A DNA stretch of 64,000 nucleotides from Bacteroidota bacterium (GTDB lineage: Bacteria > Bacteroidota > Ignavibacteria > Kapaibacteriales > Kapaibacteriaceae). The stretch covers positions 21,610 through 85,609 of the forward strand of contig JBDKEN010000001.1 in NCBI GenBank assembly GCA_039795225.1, written 5' to 3'. A model generated the notes under the pieces. The model was not told the DNA's origin and searched no databases. It saw only the letters and a program-made list of their open reading frames with translations. Below, piece after piece: positions 9,147 through 18,934 of this stretch (its first letter is position 1; each line of letters opens with the position of its first letter). A program made the translations under genes and the position numbers.

Positions 9147-10490
9147 ATGTTCATCCGATCAATTTCTGGGCTACGAGCCACGCTTGGTGATGACCTGACG
9201 CCGGCGGTTGTTGCGAGATATGCGGAAGCCTTTAGTGCAATCCTCCCCAATGGGCCGATCGTTGTTGGTCGAGACGGGCGTCCGAGTGGACTGTGGATAG
9301 AGCAGGTTCTCATTGGTGCACTCCGTGCATGTGGCCGTACGGTGCGTCATCTTGGTATGATGCCAACGCCAACGGTGCAGCTACTGACGGAGCATTCCGA
9401 TGCTGTGGGTGGTATTTCCATTACTGCATCGCATAACCCGGCACCGTGGAATGGCTTGAAGTTTGTTGACGCTGGCGGCGTTTTTCTTGATGCTGACGGT
9501 AATGCGCAACTCTGGGAGGCGGCCGATGCAGCATCGGCGAACCGTTCATCCGAGCAGCAAGCAGGTATTCTTGAGCAGATTGATGATGCCGCGGCGCGAC
9601 ACGTTGATGTTGTGCTTGCACTTGAGGCAGTGTCCACAGCACCGAGTGCGAACGGTGAGACAGTAGTTGTTGATGCGGTCAACTGCTCTGGGTCATTCAT
9701 CGTGCCGCTCTTGCTCGAGCGGATGGGGTATCGGGTTGTTCGCTTGTTTGCCGATGGATCGGGGATCTTCCCACATACGCCTGAGCCCCTTGCAGAAAAT
9801 TTAACGGAGCTCGGTCGCGCCGTTGTTGCGCACGGCGCCATCATGGGCGTTGCCGTTGATCCGGATGCGGACCGGCTTGTGCTCTTTGATCGGCACGGGA
9901 CGCCCATTGGCGAAGAACGGACGGTTGCATTGGCTGCACGAGCTGTGCTCTTGCACGGACACCTGGGCTCGGTCGTAGTCAACTTCTCGACATCTCGAAT
10001 GGTTGACGATGTGGCGGCGGAATTCGGTCAACAGGTTGAACGTGCACCGGTGGGTGAAATCAATGTTGTTCGTCGGATGCAGGAGCTCTCGGCCGTGATT
10101 GGCGGCGAAGGTAGCGGTGGTGTCATCTACCCGGCATGCCATGCCGGACGTGACAGTCTGGTTGGACTTGCTTTAATCAGTGCAATGCTGCGTCGAAGCG
10201 GCACAACTCTGGATGACGTCTGTGCTGCGATCCCCTCCTACACGATGATCAAGACGAAGTTTGATCTCGCCTCGCGGGAGCAGATGACCAGCATAACGCA
10301 GCGGATCGTTGCACTGCACGGAGAACATATCGCCTCGACGGCTGATGGCATCTATCTGCGCTGGCCGCAGAGCTGGCTGCATGTGCGTGCTTCGAACACC
10401 GAGCCGATCATGCGCGTGATTGCCGAGGCACCAACGCCCGAAGAGGCCACATCGCTTGTGGAATCGATCACGGCGCTGATCCATGGCTAG
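9147..10490 (+). CDS. glmM: Phosphoglucosamine mutase / phosphohexomutase
   Basis: ATG at 9147 (MFIRSISGLRATLG, a Bacteroidetes-type GlmM N-terminus). Phosphoserine loop ITASHNPAPWNGLKF, metal loop GVAVDPDADR, sugar loop GGEGSGG. The upstream part of the listed ORF is heptamer-array read-through. Confidence 0.7.
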   Translation: MFIRSISGLRATLGDDLTPAVVARYAEAFSAILPNGPIVVGRDGRPSGLWIEQVLIGALRACGRTVRHLGMMPTPTVQLLTEHSDAVGGISITASHNPAPWNGLKFVDAGGVFLDADGNAQLWEAADAASANRSSEQQAGILEQIDDAAARHVDVVLALEAVSTAPSANGETVVVDAVNCSGSFIVPLLLERMGYRVVRLFADGSGIFPHTPEPLAENLTELGRAVVAHGAIMGVAVDPDADRLVLFDRHGTPIGEERTVALAARAVLLHGHLGSVVVNFSTSRMVDDVAAEFGQQVERAPVGEINVVRRMQELSAVIGGEGSGGVIYPACHAGRDSLVGLALISAMLRRSGTTLDDVCAAIPSYTMIKTKFDLASREQMTSITQRIVALHGEHIASTADGIYLRWPQSWLHVRASNTEPIMRVIAEAPTPEEATSLVESITALIHG

Positions 10491-13400
10491 CCCCTTTACC
10501 ACAAACTCTCTTGGACATGCACGTCATGTCCTCTCGCTTTGTCTCCATGCCGCAACTGGGAAGGGGGCTTCGCGAACAACGATCGAGGAGTTTACGAGTG
10601 TTGAAGGAACATTCCGTGTCTTGAAGGACGCCGAGACGCAGCGGACGCTTGCCGTCGTGGACGCGATTCCACCATCAGAGAGCCCCTTCGATGATGTCCC
10701 CCGCGACAAGCTGCGCTCCATTGCCACGCGTGTCCAGGCCCCGTATGTTATTCTGACGAATCTCCGCCGCGTTGTTACCTACCGCACGGAAGGTGTTCTC
10801 AAGCGTCTACCCGACGAACAGCATACGGTGGGATGGCACAATGCGTCGGATGTGCGATCTGTTGAGGATGCTGACTCCTCGGGCATGCAGGTGGGGATTA
10901 TCGCAGCGCTGCGTCAAGCTATTCAATGGCTTGACATTGACGCATCACTGCGTCCAGAACAACGCGTCATTGATGCATCAGCATTCTTCTCGGAACGTGT
11001 ACTTTCGATGTTTGATGATCTGGTCTCATGCTGTGAGAGCGGTGTGCAGCAGCGTGACGCCACGCTGCGCCTCGGAACGAGTATCCTGGCCTATGTGCTC
11101 ATGCATGTGCGTGATCGAAGCAACCTCGATCGGTTGTCACTCCCCTACGGCCTTGGCAGTGCTCGACTGATGACGGATCTAGTTGGTGCGTACTTCCGTC
11201 AAGCACGTCGGCTCGGACACACGATGCTTCCGGAATCGGTCGAAGATGTGCAGATCCTGCCGCACCGCGAGGGTGTGTTCCGCATGACGCTATCGGATCT
11301 GATCAACTTCTTGCATCGGTTTGATCCTGAACGTCTGAGTGATAATGACCTGCATCGCGCCGTTGATGCTGTCCTGCAGCGATGCTCGCGCATCGCACGC
11401 GCATCGGTGCCGACCATCGATGCGTTGGACCTTGCCTTGCGGATGGTTGCGCGCACGCGCGAACTGCGTGATGTCGCCGATCACGATCGTCATCGACTAC
11501 TGGAGATCGGGCAGACGCAGGGCCTTGCCAGCGTCCGCCACCTGCTGATGTCGGGTGGTGTTCCCTGTGAGGCACGAGTCTATGCACGCACGGCCGAGGA
11601 CGAGCGCGCCATCGTGCTTCGGTCATCAGGCCGCATTGGCTTTGATGCCGACGTGCAGATTCTTCGCGAAACGCGCGCCGTTCGAAGTCCATGGGATATG
11701 GTCGTCGCAACAACTACAGATGTACGGGAACGCCACCGTCTGCGCCTGCTGCTTGAGCGTCTCCCGCTCGACCCTGATGGTGTTGTCGTGCTCTTCCTAC
11801 CGATCTCGGCGCTGCATGACGAGCGCTATGCACTGGTGCGACAAACACTCATGGCACGCTTTAGTATCGAGTGGCTCGTTGTCAGCGATGCCGAAGCTCT
11901 GGCAGAGCCAGACACGGGAGTGTGCTTCATTGTCGCACGGGTGGCATCAGAAGATGACGTTGATCATCCCGCCCGATGCGTCTACCTACGTCGTCCCATT
12001 GCCGCATTCTTCCCTTCATCACGTGCCTCGCGTGATCTTGAGCAGGATCGTCTGCGAGCGCTGGACACCTTCGTGAAGTATCTCGATGCCTCTCGCCATG
12101 GGAAGCTGAACGACGAAGCCGTTGTGCGGATGGTACCGCAGGACCATCTGCGTCGCGACCCTGTGTGGGAGGACTTTCTCGTGCCGCCCGATGTGCTGAG
12201 CTCGATCCTTACCAAAACCCTCCCCCACATTCGGCCGCTACGCTCCATCGCTGACGTGTCAGGGGGCATGCGCACGGGCGCCTTTGATGTATTTGCTCCG
12301 GATACACAGACGATTGCCTCGGACGATCTCGAAAACACCTTCTGGCAGCGGATTGCTGATGATGGAAGCGTCATCGACAACTACGTTCTCACGACGAGTG
12401 ATGACATCGACTCCATGAGTGGTCTGCCTCGCACGGATCGGCGACTATTGCTGATCCCCAAAGATCGTTCGCAGATCTCTGGTACGAATGTGCTCACACG
12501 CATTGAGAAGGCAGAACGTGAAGGCGTACACCTGCGCGCATCGATGCGGCATGCCACAGAGTGGTGGCACCTACAGCCCCCTCAGCCGCCGCATCTCGTT
12601 ATTCCGAAACAACAGGATCGACGCTGGGTTGTTGCCGTGAACAGCCTACGTGCATACGTCAGCGATGCATTCGTCTGCATCACGCTGCGCCAGCCGGCCG
12701 ATGCCGAGCGTATCGGGTTGTGGATGAATTCCACCATTGGCGTATTCCTCAGCGAGTTGCTCCGTCAGGATCTGCATGTGCAGAACATCACGGTGCGTGA
12801 TGCACAAGAATTCCCGATTGCCGATGATGCTCTGTTGTCAAAGCTTGATCCGGCGCATTTTACGGGGCTCGCACGACGTCGCGTGAGCACCCTCGATGAT
12901 GAGTTTGGTGCCGTCTCCTATGATAGCATCAGGCCAGAGACCATTCTGCGCGATCGTCGCAAACTTGATGCGGCGATCATGACCGATCTGCTGGGCCTAA
13001 CTGAAGAAGAACAGCGCTGGGTGTACCGATTCGCCTATGCGTGGTGGTCACGGACGTCGAACGTTCGGCACATCGCCAACGCCATTGTGTATGATCTGGA
13101 ACATCGGCAGAAGGTAAAGCCACTACGTGCCTGGTATTGGCCACGCATTAATCAGCTCCCACTTGGTGCCCGTCGCGAGATTATTCTCGATTCCCCTGCA
13201 GAGTCAACGGAGGTGACGCCAACAATGTTTGGATGGCAGGTGCGGATCTCGCACACCCATGATGACCTTGTGCTTGAGGCTAGCACTGGGGAAGAGGCGG
13301 AGATCATTGGCCTCTTTGTCCGCCTTGGTGCCGTATCGATGGAGATCCCAATCGACACTATTCTCATTGCGGGTCTGCTTCCGCAACTGCGAGACTTTGT

Positions 13401-13503
13401 CATGGCGGTTGAGGCGTTGCTCGAGCAGAGCCTGTCGGCATTCCCTGACGATATGCGTCGATCAATCCGACACGCCGTCGCATCCACCTTGTGCATGCGA
13501 TAA
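10483..13503 (+). CDS. 1,006-aa protein with type IIG restriction-modification-like architecture (nuclease-like N-terminus, gamma-class N6-MTase-like core, TaqI_C-like specificity domain) but degenerate catalytic motifs
   Basis: Uninterrupted ORF whose ATG overlaps the glmM stop by 8 nt (ATGGCTAG). Motif-position matches are listed in the findings. Where FD(V/I)V(I/V)GNPPY is expected the sequence reads PWDMVVATTTD, and where LDPxCGSGxF is expected it reads LLEIGQTQGLA. Confidence 0.55.
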   Translation: MASPFTTNSLGHARHVLSLCLHAATGKGASRTTIEEFTSVEGTFRVLKDAETQRTLAVVDAIPPSESPFDDVPRDKLRSIATRVQAPYVILTNLRRVVTYRTEGVLKRLPDEQHTVGWHNASDVRSVEDADSSGMQVGIIAALRQAIQWLDIDASLRPEQRVIDASAFFSERVLSMFDDLVSCCESGVQQRDATLRLGTSILAYVLMHVRDRSNLDRLSLPYGLGSARLMTDLVGAYFRQARRLGHTMLPESVEDVQILPHREGVFRMTLSDLINFLHRFDPERLSDNDLHRAVDAVLQRCSRIARASVPTIDALDLALRMVARTRELRDVADHDRHRLLEIGQTQGLASVRHLLMSGGVPCEARVYARTAEDERAIVLRSSGRIGFDADVQILRETRAVRSPWDMVVATTTDVRERHRLRLLLERLPLDPDGVVVLFLPISALHDERYALVRQTLMARFSIEWLVVSDAEALAEPDTGVCFIVARVASEDDVDHPARCVYLRRPIAAFFPSSRASRDLEQDRLRALDTFVKYLDASRHGKLNDEAVVRMVPQDHLRRDPVWEDFLVPPDVLSSILTKTLPHIRPLRSIADVSGGMRTGAFDVFAPDTQTIASDDLENTFWQRIADDGSVIDNYVLTTSDDIDSMSGLPRTDRRLLLIPKDRSQISGTNVLTRIEKAEREGVHLRASMRHATEWWHLQPPQPPHLVIPKQQDRRWVVAVNSLRAYVSDAFVCITLRQPADAERIGLWMNSTIGVFLSELLRQDLHVQNITVRDAQEFPIADDALLSKLDPAHFTGLARRRVSTLDDEFGAVSYDSIRPETILRDRRKLDAAIMTDLLGLTEEEQRWVYRFAYAWWSRTSNVRHIANAIVYDLEHRQKVKPLRAWYWPRINQLPLGARREIILDSPAESTEVTPTMFGWQVRISHTHDDLVLEASTGEEAEIIGLFVRLGAVSMEIPIDTILIAGLLPQLRDFVMAVEALLEQSLSAFPDDMRRSIRHAVASTLCMR

Positions 13504-13569
13504 TGTCACGATGATGATCGGTAACTGCTCGTAGGGGGCACGTAGTTCCACCCCCTGCCAGGCGTCACG

Positions 13570-14586
13570 ATGCTTTCGGTTCGCGATGTTATTGCCCTGC
13601 GATTTGTTCCACGTCTACCCAACGATGAGCTTCGGCGACTCGCCACGGAGTGCACGTCCTTAGATGATGCTCTGGTGCGTCTTGGGCATCATCAGCTGGA
13701 TCTGGTTGAGCTCGCAGAGCGACAGCTCCAACGTTGCCGCGAACTTGACGTTTCGATTCTTCCCTGGACGGATGAGCGCTATCCTCCACGCCTGCGTGAT
13801 GCCATATCGCCCCCTGCCGTAATCTTCGTTCGCGGAATTCTTCCTGCACCTTCTCTTCCCAGCATCGGCGTTGTCGGGACGCGATCTTGCACCATGCATT
13901 ATGGGAAACCTGTGACGGAATCGCTCGTGGAAACGTGGGTGGCACGAAGAGCTGTAATCATCAGCGGTCTTGCCCACGGCATTGATACGATTGCCCACCA
14001 GACAACTGTCCAACGCCATGGTAGTACCATCGCTGTGATTGCCAGTGGAATCGATCGAATAACACCAATCGTTGCACAGCAACTGGCCGACCGAATTGTT
14101 GCTGCTGGTGGCTGCATTCTCAGTGAGCACCCGTGTGGTGTTGCTGCCCTGCCGCCGGCATTTCCAGCACGCAATCGCATCATTGCCGGTCTGAGCGACG
14201 CCGTTGTGGTTGTCGAGAGCAAGCACCGAGGGGGCGCACTGATTACGGCCGAGTTTGCGCGCCAAAAGCAGCGACCAGTCTACGCCGTGCCCGGGCCGAT
14301 TACGTCGGTACGCAGTCAGGGGTGTCATGCGCTTATTGCTTCTCATTCTGCCAGAGTGCTTACCTGCGCCGATGATGTTGTGGAGGTGCCGAAGCTGGCT
14401 GCAGAATTGACGCTATCGCATGAAGCCGTGCTCGGGTTTGAAAGTGGAACGCCGCAGCACCTCGATGATCTAGCCATGGCGTGGTCATGCTCGGCCTCCG
14501 ATGCCCTTCGTCGCGTATTGGACCTCGAGCTGGAGGGTCGCATCACCCGTCTGCCAGGAAACCGATTTCTTGCACGCATCGCTTGA
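13570..14586 (+). CDS. dprA: DNA processing protein DprA (Smf)
   Basis: GLAHGIDTIAHQ, FPARNRIIAGLSDAVVVVES and GGALITAEFARQKQRPVYAVPG are typical DprA Rossmann-fold blocks. Confidence 0.85.
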   Translation: MLSVRDVIALRFVPRLPNDELRRLATECTSLDDALVRLGHHQLDLVELAERQLQRCRELDVSILPWTDERYPPRLRDAISPPAVIFVRGILPAPSLPSIGVVGTRSCTMHYGKPVTESLVETWVARRAVIISGLAHGIDTIAHQTTVQRHGSTIAVIASGIDRITPIVAQQLADRIVAAGGCILSEHPCGVAALPPAFPARNRIIAGLSDAVVVVESKHRGGALITAEFARQKQRPVYAVPGPITSVRSQGCHALIASHSARVLTCADDVVEVPKLAAELTLSHEAVLGFESGTPQHLDDLAMAWSCSASDALRRVLDLELEGRITRLPGNRFLARIA

Positions 14587-14589
14587 CCG

Positions 14590-14597
14590 TAACTTGA
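14590..14597 (+). promoter_or_regulatory. -10/-7-like box TAACTTGA, 4 nt before the fni ATG
   Basis: TAACTTGA CGGC ATG. Confidence 0.35.
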
Positions 14598-14601
14598 CGG
14601 C

Positions 14602-15627
14602 ATGTCGATTCCCTCCCGCAAAGAAGATCACGTCAATCTGGCCCTGTCAGGCACAGCAGGATTCCGCGCGAAGACCACGGGGCTGGATGCATTTACCTTC
14701 GAGTACAATGCGCTTCCCGAGATCAACTATGCCGATATCACCACGGCGACGGAGTTTCTGGGACATCAACTTCGCCTTCCACTTCTTGTGACAGGAATGA
14801 CAGGGGGCTATCCGGATGCAGAGCGGATCAATCGTGATCTGGCCGAGGCATGCTCCGTATTGGGAATTGCCATGGGTGTCGGATCCATGCGAGCAGCACT
14901 TGAGGACGCACGTCATGAGGCATCCTATAGCTGCGTACGCCCCTTTGCCTCTACTGTACCAATGATTGCCAACATCGGCGCTGTGCAAGCCACACGCTGG
15001 CGTCGTGACGGCACGCTCCTTACGATGGTTGATCGGGCCATTGCAATGATCGGTGCATCGGCTCTTGCCGTGCATCTGAATCCGCTGCAGGAGCTGACGC
15101 AACCTGAGGGCGAGCCTGAGTTTCGTGGCGTCCTTGAGAGTATTGAGCTGTTGGTCCGACGCAGCCCCGTGCCGATCATTGTCAAAGAAGTTGGAGCTGG
15201 CGTATCTCGAAATGTTGTCGAGCGCCTCCGCTCCGTTGGCGTCGAGATCATCGACGTGGCCGGTGCTGGTGGAACATCCTGGTCGGGCATCGAAATCATG
15301 CGTCATCCCAACCCGTCGCAGGTGGATCACCTTTGGGATGTCGGCATTCCGACTGCGGAGTGTCTGCTTGCCAATGCGGACCATGTCCCCGTCCTTATTG
15401 CCTCGGGAGGCATTGCAAATGGGACGCATGTTGCCGTGAGTATTGGACTTGGGGCAAAAATTGTCGGAGCTGCTCGACCACTATTACAGGCCCACCACGA
15501 TGGAGGTGTCGAAGGAATCTTGCATCTTGTCCGTGTTTGGGAAACTACTTTACGTCAATGGATGTTCTTGACCGGGAGCGTTAACCTTTCCGACCTACGA
15601 TCTGCACACATCTACCGCATTCATTAG
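14602..15627 (+). CDS. fni: Type 2 isopentenyl-diphosphate delta-isomerase
   Basis: N-terminal SRKEDHVNLAL, TIM-barrel blocks VKEVGAGVS and LIASGGIANGTHVAVSIGLGA. Confidence 0.85.
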   Translation: MSIPSRKEDHVNLALSGTAGFRAKTTGLDAFTFEYNALPEINYADITTATEFLGHQLRLPLLVTGMTGGYPDAERINRDLAEACSVLGIAMGVGSMRAALEDARHEASYSCVRPFASTVPMIANIGAVQATRWRRDGTLLTMVDRAIAMIGASALAVHLNPLQELTQPEGEPEFRGVLESIELLVRRSPVPIIVKEVGAGVSRNVVERLRSVGVEIIDVAGAGGTSWSGIEIMRHPNPSQVDHLWDVGIPTAECLLANADHVPVLIASGGIANGTHVAVSIGLGAKIVGAARPLLQAHHDGGVEGILHLVRVWETTLRQWMFLTGSVNLSDLRSAHIYRIH

Positions 15628-15639
15628 CAACGGGATCCC

Positions 15640-16653
15640 ATGATCAATGTTTCTGCACCCATTGACCGTATAGCTCCGTTCCGACACCACATCGAGGCTG
15701 CTCTGCAGGATGCTCTTCAGGAGTTCCGCGAGCCGGCATGTCTATACGACCCGGTGCACTACTTGTTCGAGGCAGGGGGCAAACGTGTCCGCCCTGTCCT
15801 GACGATGCTCGCCTGTGAAGCCGTCGGTGGTAATGCCGACCATGCCGTGCATGCTGCGATTGCCGTTGAGATGCTCCACAACTTCACATTGGTCCATGAT
15901 GACATCATGGACAGCTCGGCCAAACGTCGCGGTCGTGATACCGTGCACACCAAGTGGAATACCAACACCGCGATCCTTGCTGGTGACGTCATGATGGGCA
16001 TTGCCATGCGCCTGCTCTTGCGCAGTGCAGCACATGCCGACCGCCCACTTGATGTGGTGGATGCATTTTCGACGGGACTTATCGATGTGTGCGATGGTCA
16101 GGCACTCGATATGGAGTTCATGATGCGCGATGACGTGCGAGCCGACGAGTACTTCATGATGATCGAACGGAAAACAGCGCGGCTTCTGGAAATGTCGGTT
16201 GCCATCGGTGCAAGCATCGGCAATGCAACGGTCGATCAACGCGAAGCACTCCAGACATTTGCTCGTGAGATCGGCATTGCGTTTCAGATGCAGGATGACA
16301 TCCTTGATGCCTTCGGCTCTGAGTCGTTTGGCAAGGTTCGCGGCGGCGACATCATGGAAGGCAAGCGCACGTGGCTGATGATTGAGACATGTGCACGCGT
16401 CGAACAGCATGCGACGGCCTCGGAAGACCATCGACAGCTTATCGCGGCGTTTCGTCGTGGGGAGCCCCTTACCCAGGATCATGTGCCACAGGTAATTGCC
16501 ATCATGGAGCAGTATGGTGTGCATGAGGACGCGCGCAGCGTTGTCCAGCAACGGACGATGAGTGCCTATGCAGCATTGCATCGTCTTGCGCCATCAGATG
16601 CACGGGACTCGCTTGAGTCGATGGCGCAGTCACTGATGGGGCGTACCCAGTAA
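15640..16653 (+). CDS. Polyprenyl (farnesyl/geranylgeranyl) diphosphate synthase
   Basis: First and second aspartate-rich motifs LVHDDIMD and FQMQDDILD. Adjacent to fni. Confidence 0.85.
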   Translation: MINVSAPIDRIAPFRHHIEAALQDALQEFREPACLYDPVHYLFEAGGKRVRPVLTMLACEAVGGNADHAVHAAIAVEMLHNFTLVHDDIMDSSAKRRGRDTVHTKWNTNTAILAGDVMMGIAMRLLLRSAAHADRPLDVVDAFSTGLIDVCDGQALDMEFMMRDDVRADEYFMMIERKTARLLEMSVAIGASIGNATVDQREALQTFAREIGIAFQMQDDILDAFGSESFGKVRGGDIMEGKRTWLMIETCARVEQHATASEDHRQLIAAFRRGEPLTQDHVPQVIAIMEQYGVHEDARSVVQQRTMSAYAALHRLAPSDARDSLESMAQSLMGRTQ

Positions 16654-16668
16654 GCGTCTTCATTGGCG

Positions 16669-16676
16669 TATTTTCG
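16669..16676 (+). promoter_or_regulatory. -10/-7-like box TATTTTCG, 4 nt before the murD ATG
   Basis: TATTTTCG CCCC ATG. Confidence 0.35.
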
Positions 16677-16680
16677 CCCC

Positions 16681-18009
16681 ATGCGTATTTCTGTTATTGG
16701 CGCAGCCCTGAGCGGGGTTGCAGCCGCCGAGCTTGCTCAACGTCAGGGGCATTCAGTCCTCGTCAGTGAATCCCGTCCGGAATCTGCGATCGCCGAAAAC
16801 GCCGCACGACTGCGGGATTCGGGGATCACGCTAGAAGCTGGTGGACACACCGACGCGGTGTATGAGAGTGATTTGATCATTGTCTCTCCGGGCGTTCCAC
16901 CGAGTCATCCCATCCGACTCGAAGCACCACGCCGCGGCATTGAGCTCATTGGTGAGTTGGAATACGCGAGCCGGTTTCTCTCCAACCCCATCGTTGCGAT
17001 TACGGGAACCAATGGCAAGACAACGACAACGGCACTGACGGCGTACATTCTTCAGCAGAGCGGACGCTCAGCTGTGGCCGCAGGCAACATCGGAACGCCC
17101 CTGTCAGCATTGGTCGGCTCAGTCTCTTCCGATACCATCATTGTTGCCGAGTGCAGCTCCTATCAGCTCGATACGATCGTGACCTTTCGTCCGAAGGTGA
17201 GCATGATCCTCAACATTACGCCGGATCACCTCTCGTATCATGGGACGTTTTCCCAATACGTTGAATCAAAGTGGAAAATTGCTTCGAACCAACAGGAGGA
17301 TGACGTTGTAATTTTGAATGCCGATGATCCTGCAGTTGCACCTGCAGCGTCGGTAGTCCGAAGTTCAGTGCGCTACTTCAGCACCACACGTGAGGTTGAT
17401 GGAGCATTCATCCGGGGGGGTGAAATTGTACTTCGGGATCTGCAGCATACTGAGGAGATCCTTATGTCCTTGAGACGTCTTGGGCTTCCGGGAGTTCACA
17501 ACGCAGCGAACTCCATGGCAGCCACGATGGCGGCACGTGCCTTTGAGGTGCGTAATGAGAATATCCGCGACTCGCTGATGTCCTTCAGCGGTGTGGAGCA
17601 CCGGCTCGAACCTGTTCGTACGGTCAAAGGTGCTCGGTTCGTGAACGATTCGAAGGCGACAAACGTTAACGCCACATGGTATGCGCTGTCAAGCTATGAC
17701 AGACCGATCGTGTGGATCGCCGGAGGACGCGGAGACAGCAACAACTATGCTGAACTCGACGAACTCGTGGCAGCGAACGTGAAGTCGATCGTTTGCATCG
17801 GCGAAGAGGCGGATGCCATTTTCAACCATTGGTGCACGACCAAGCGTTGCGTCAAGGCCGATACACTGGAAGACGCTCTCCGTATCGCTCAAGACATGGC
17901 GCTTGCCGAAGAGGTCGTGCTCTTCTCGCCTGCTTGCAAATCGTTTGACATGTTCGCCAACTATGAAGAGCGCGGACGGGCATTCAAGCGGATCGTAGCA
18001 GCCCTCTAA
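16681..18009 (+). CDS. murD: UDP-N-acetylmuramoylalanine--D-glutamate ligase
   Basis: ATG at 16681 (MRISVIGAALSG) is preferred over the TTG at 16663. Mur ligase P-loop ITGTNGKTTTT. Overall MurD length and C-terminal domain. Confidence 0.9.
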   Translation: MRISVIGAALSGVAAAELAQRQGHSVLVSESRPESAIAENAARLRDSGITLEAGGHTDAVYESDLIIVSPGVPPSHPIRLEAPRRGIELIGELEYASRFLSNPIVAITGTNGKTTTTALTAYILQQSGRSAVAAGNIGTPLSALVGSVSSDTIIVAECSSYQLDTIVTFRPKVSMILNITPDHLSYHGTFSQYVESKWKIASNQQEDDVVILNADDPAVAPAASVVRSSVRYFSTTREVDGAFIRGGEIVLRDLQHTEEILMSLRRLGLPGVHNAANSMAATMAARAFEVRNENIRDSLMSFSGVEHRLEPVRTVKGARFVNDSKATNVNATWYALSSYDRPIVWIAGGRGDSNNYAELDELVAANVKSIVCIGEEADAIFNHWCTTKRCVKADTLEDALRIAQDMALAEEVVLFSPACKSFDMFANYEERGRAFKRIVAAL

Positions 18010-18014
18010 CTTCT
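18007..18014 (+). promoter_or_regulatory. -10/-7-like box TAACTTCT, 2 nt before the ABC ATPase ATG (weaker, off-register)
   Basis: TAACTTCT GC ATG. The TAA is also the murD stop codon. Confidence 0.2.
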
Positions 18015-18016
18015 GC

Positions 18017-18934
18017 ATGGCACAACCTGCAATTGAGATCCGCGACCTCTACAAGCGGTACGGGGCCTTTACCGCTGTCAACGGACTTCATCTGACCGTT
18101 GAGCAGGGCGATGTGTACGGTTTTCTCGGACCGAACGGTGCGGGAAAGAGTACGACCATCCGAATGATGATGTCGCTCATCGCCCCTTCCTCTGGATCTA
18201 TCCGCATCTTTGGATTAGATCTCAAGGCCGATCGGTCGTCAATCTTGCGTCGCATTGGCGCGATTGTTGAACGTCCTGATTTTTACAATTACCTCTCCGC
18301 CCGACGTAACCTCGAGCTTCTGGGTCGACTCAGCGGCACGGACGTTTCAAAGGCCGCAACCGACCGCGTGCTGGGAATGGTTGGCCTGGGTGCCCGTGCC
18401 GAAAGCAAGGTCAAGACCTTCTCCCATGGCATGAAGCAGCGTCTCGGTATCGCTCAGGCTCTGCTGCACTCGCCGGACCTGATCGTGCTTGATGAACCGA
18501 CCACGGGTCTTGACCCGCATGGAATGGTGGACATGCGCGATCTCATCCTTGAGCTAGCAGCCGATCACAAGAAGACGATCTTCCTCTCCTCGCACATCCT
18601 ACCCGAGGTTGAGCTCACGGCCAATCGCATGGTTATCATCAACCGCGGTCAGGCGATCATCGAAGGGGCTGTCCAGGATCTGCTCAATGCCGGACGTCTC
18701 AAGGTGACCATCGAGACACCCGATGCGCAGCGTGCCCTTGAACTGGTGCGTGCCACGCCCCTTGGTTCGCACGTTCACTCGTCCACGGAGACCACCCTCA
18801 TCCTTATGCTCGAGCGTGGTGAGATCTCTGATGTTGTCTCCATGCTGTCCAATGCCGGCATTGCCTTGCTGGCCGTTACTCCGGTGCGCTCGCTGGAAGA
18901 TTACTTCATCTCGCTCACCAGGGAGGGCGCATGA
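18017..18934 (+). CDS. ABC transporter ATP-binding protein (ABC-2 type)
   Basis: Walker A GPNGAGKST, signature-like FSHGMKQRL, Walker B LIVLDEPTTGLD. Confidence 0.85.
   Translation: MAQPAIEIRDLYKRYGAFTAVNGLHLTVEQGDVYGFLGPNGAGKSTTIRMMMSLIAPSSGSIRIFGLDLKADRSSILRRIGAIVERPDFYNYLSARRNLELLGRLSGTDVSKAATDRVLGMVGLGARAESKVKTFSHGMKQRLGIAQALLHSPDLIVLDEPTTGLDPHGMVDMRDLILELAADHKKTIFLSSHILPEVELTANRMVIINRGQAIIEGAVQDLLNAGRLKVTIETPDAQRALELVRATPLGSHVHSSTETTLILMLERGEISDVVSMLSNAGIALLAVTPVRSLEDYFISLTREGA

Noticed and set aside
9005-9190. ORFs translating heptamer arrays into peptide repeats. Examples are 9005..9190 (GNSYLVI repeats), 44792..45098, 47741..47944, 47821..48324, 20088..20534 and 1183..1383.
   Set aside because: They exist only because a 7-bp repeat read in a fixed frame avoids stops for a while. 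They have no plausible starts or homology, they overlap better-supported features, and the repeat period (7) is not a multiple of 3.
10483-13503. Annotating the 1,006-aa protein as an active N6-adenine DNA methyltransferase or restriction enzyme.
   Set aside because: The SAM-binding glycine loop, the NPPY catalytic tetrad and the nuclease (D/E)xK lysine are all replaced at the expected positions.
13504-13569. GGGGG...CCCCC hairpin (13534-13555) as a terminator after the 1,006-aa gene.
   Set aside because: It has only a 5-bp stem, a 12-nt loop and no U-tract, which is too weak to call.
13660-16581. Long antisense or off-frame ORFs inside well-supported genes. Examples are 13660..14346, 14647..15429, 15742..16581, 33455..34282, 38058..38783, 45431..46093, 45774..46472, 9347..9982, 49643..50230, 5953..6471 and 53904..54506.
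   Set aside because: These are shadow ORFs typical of GC-rich coding DNA. Their products are low-complexity and Arg/Ser/Cys-rich with no recognisable motifs, whereas the opposite or other frame encodes clear conserved proteins.
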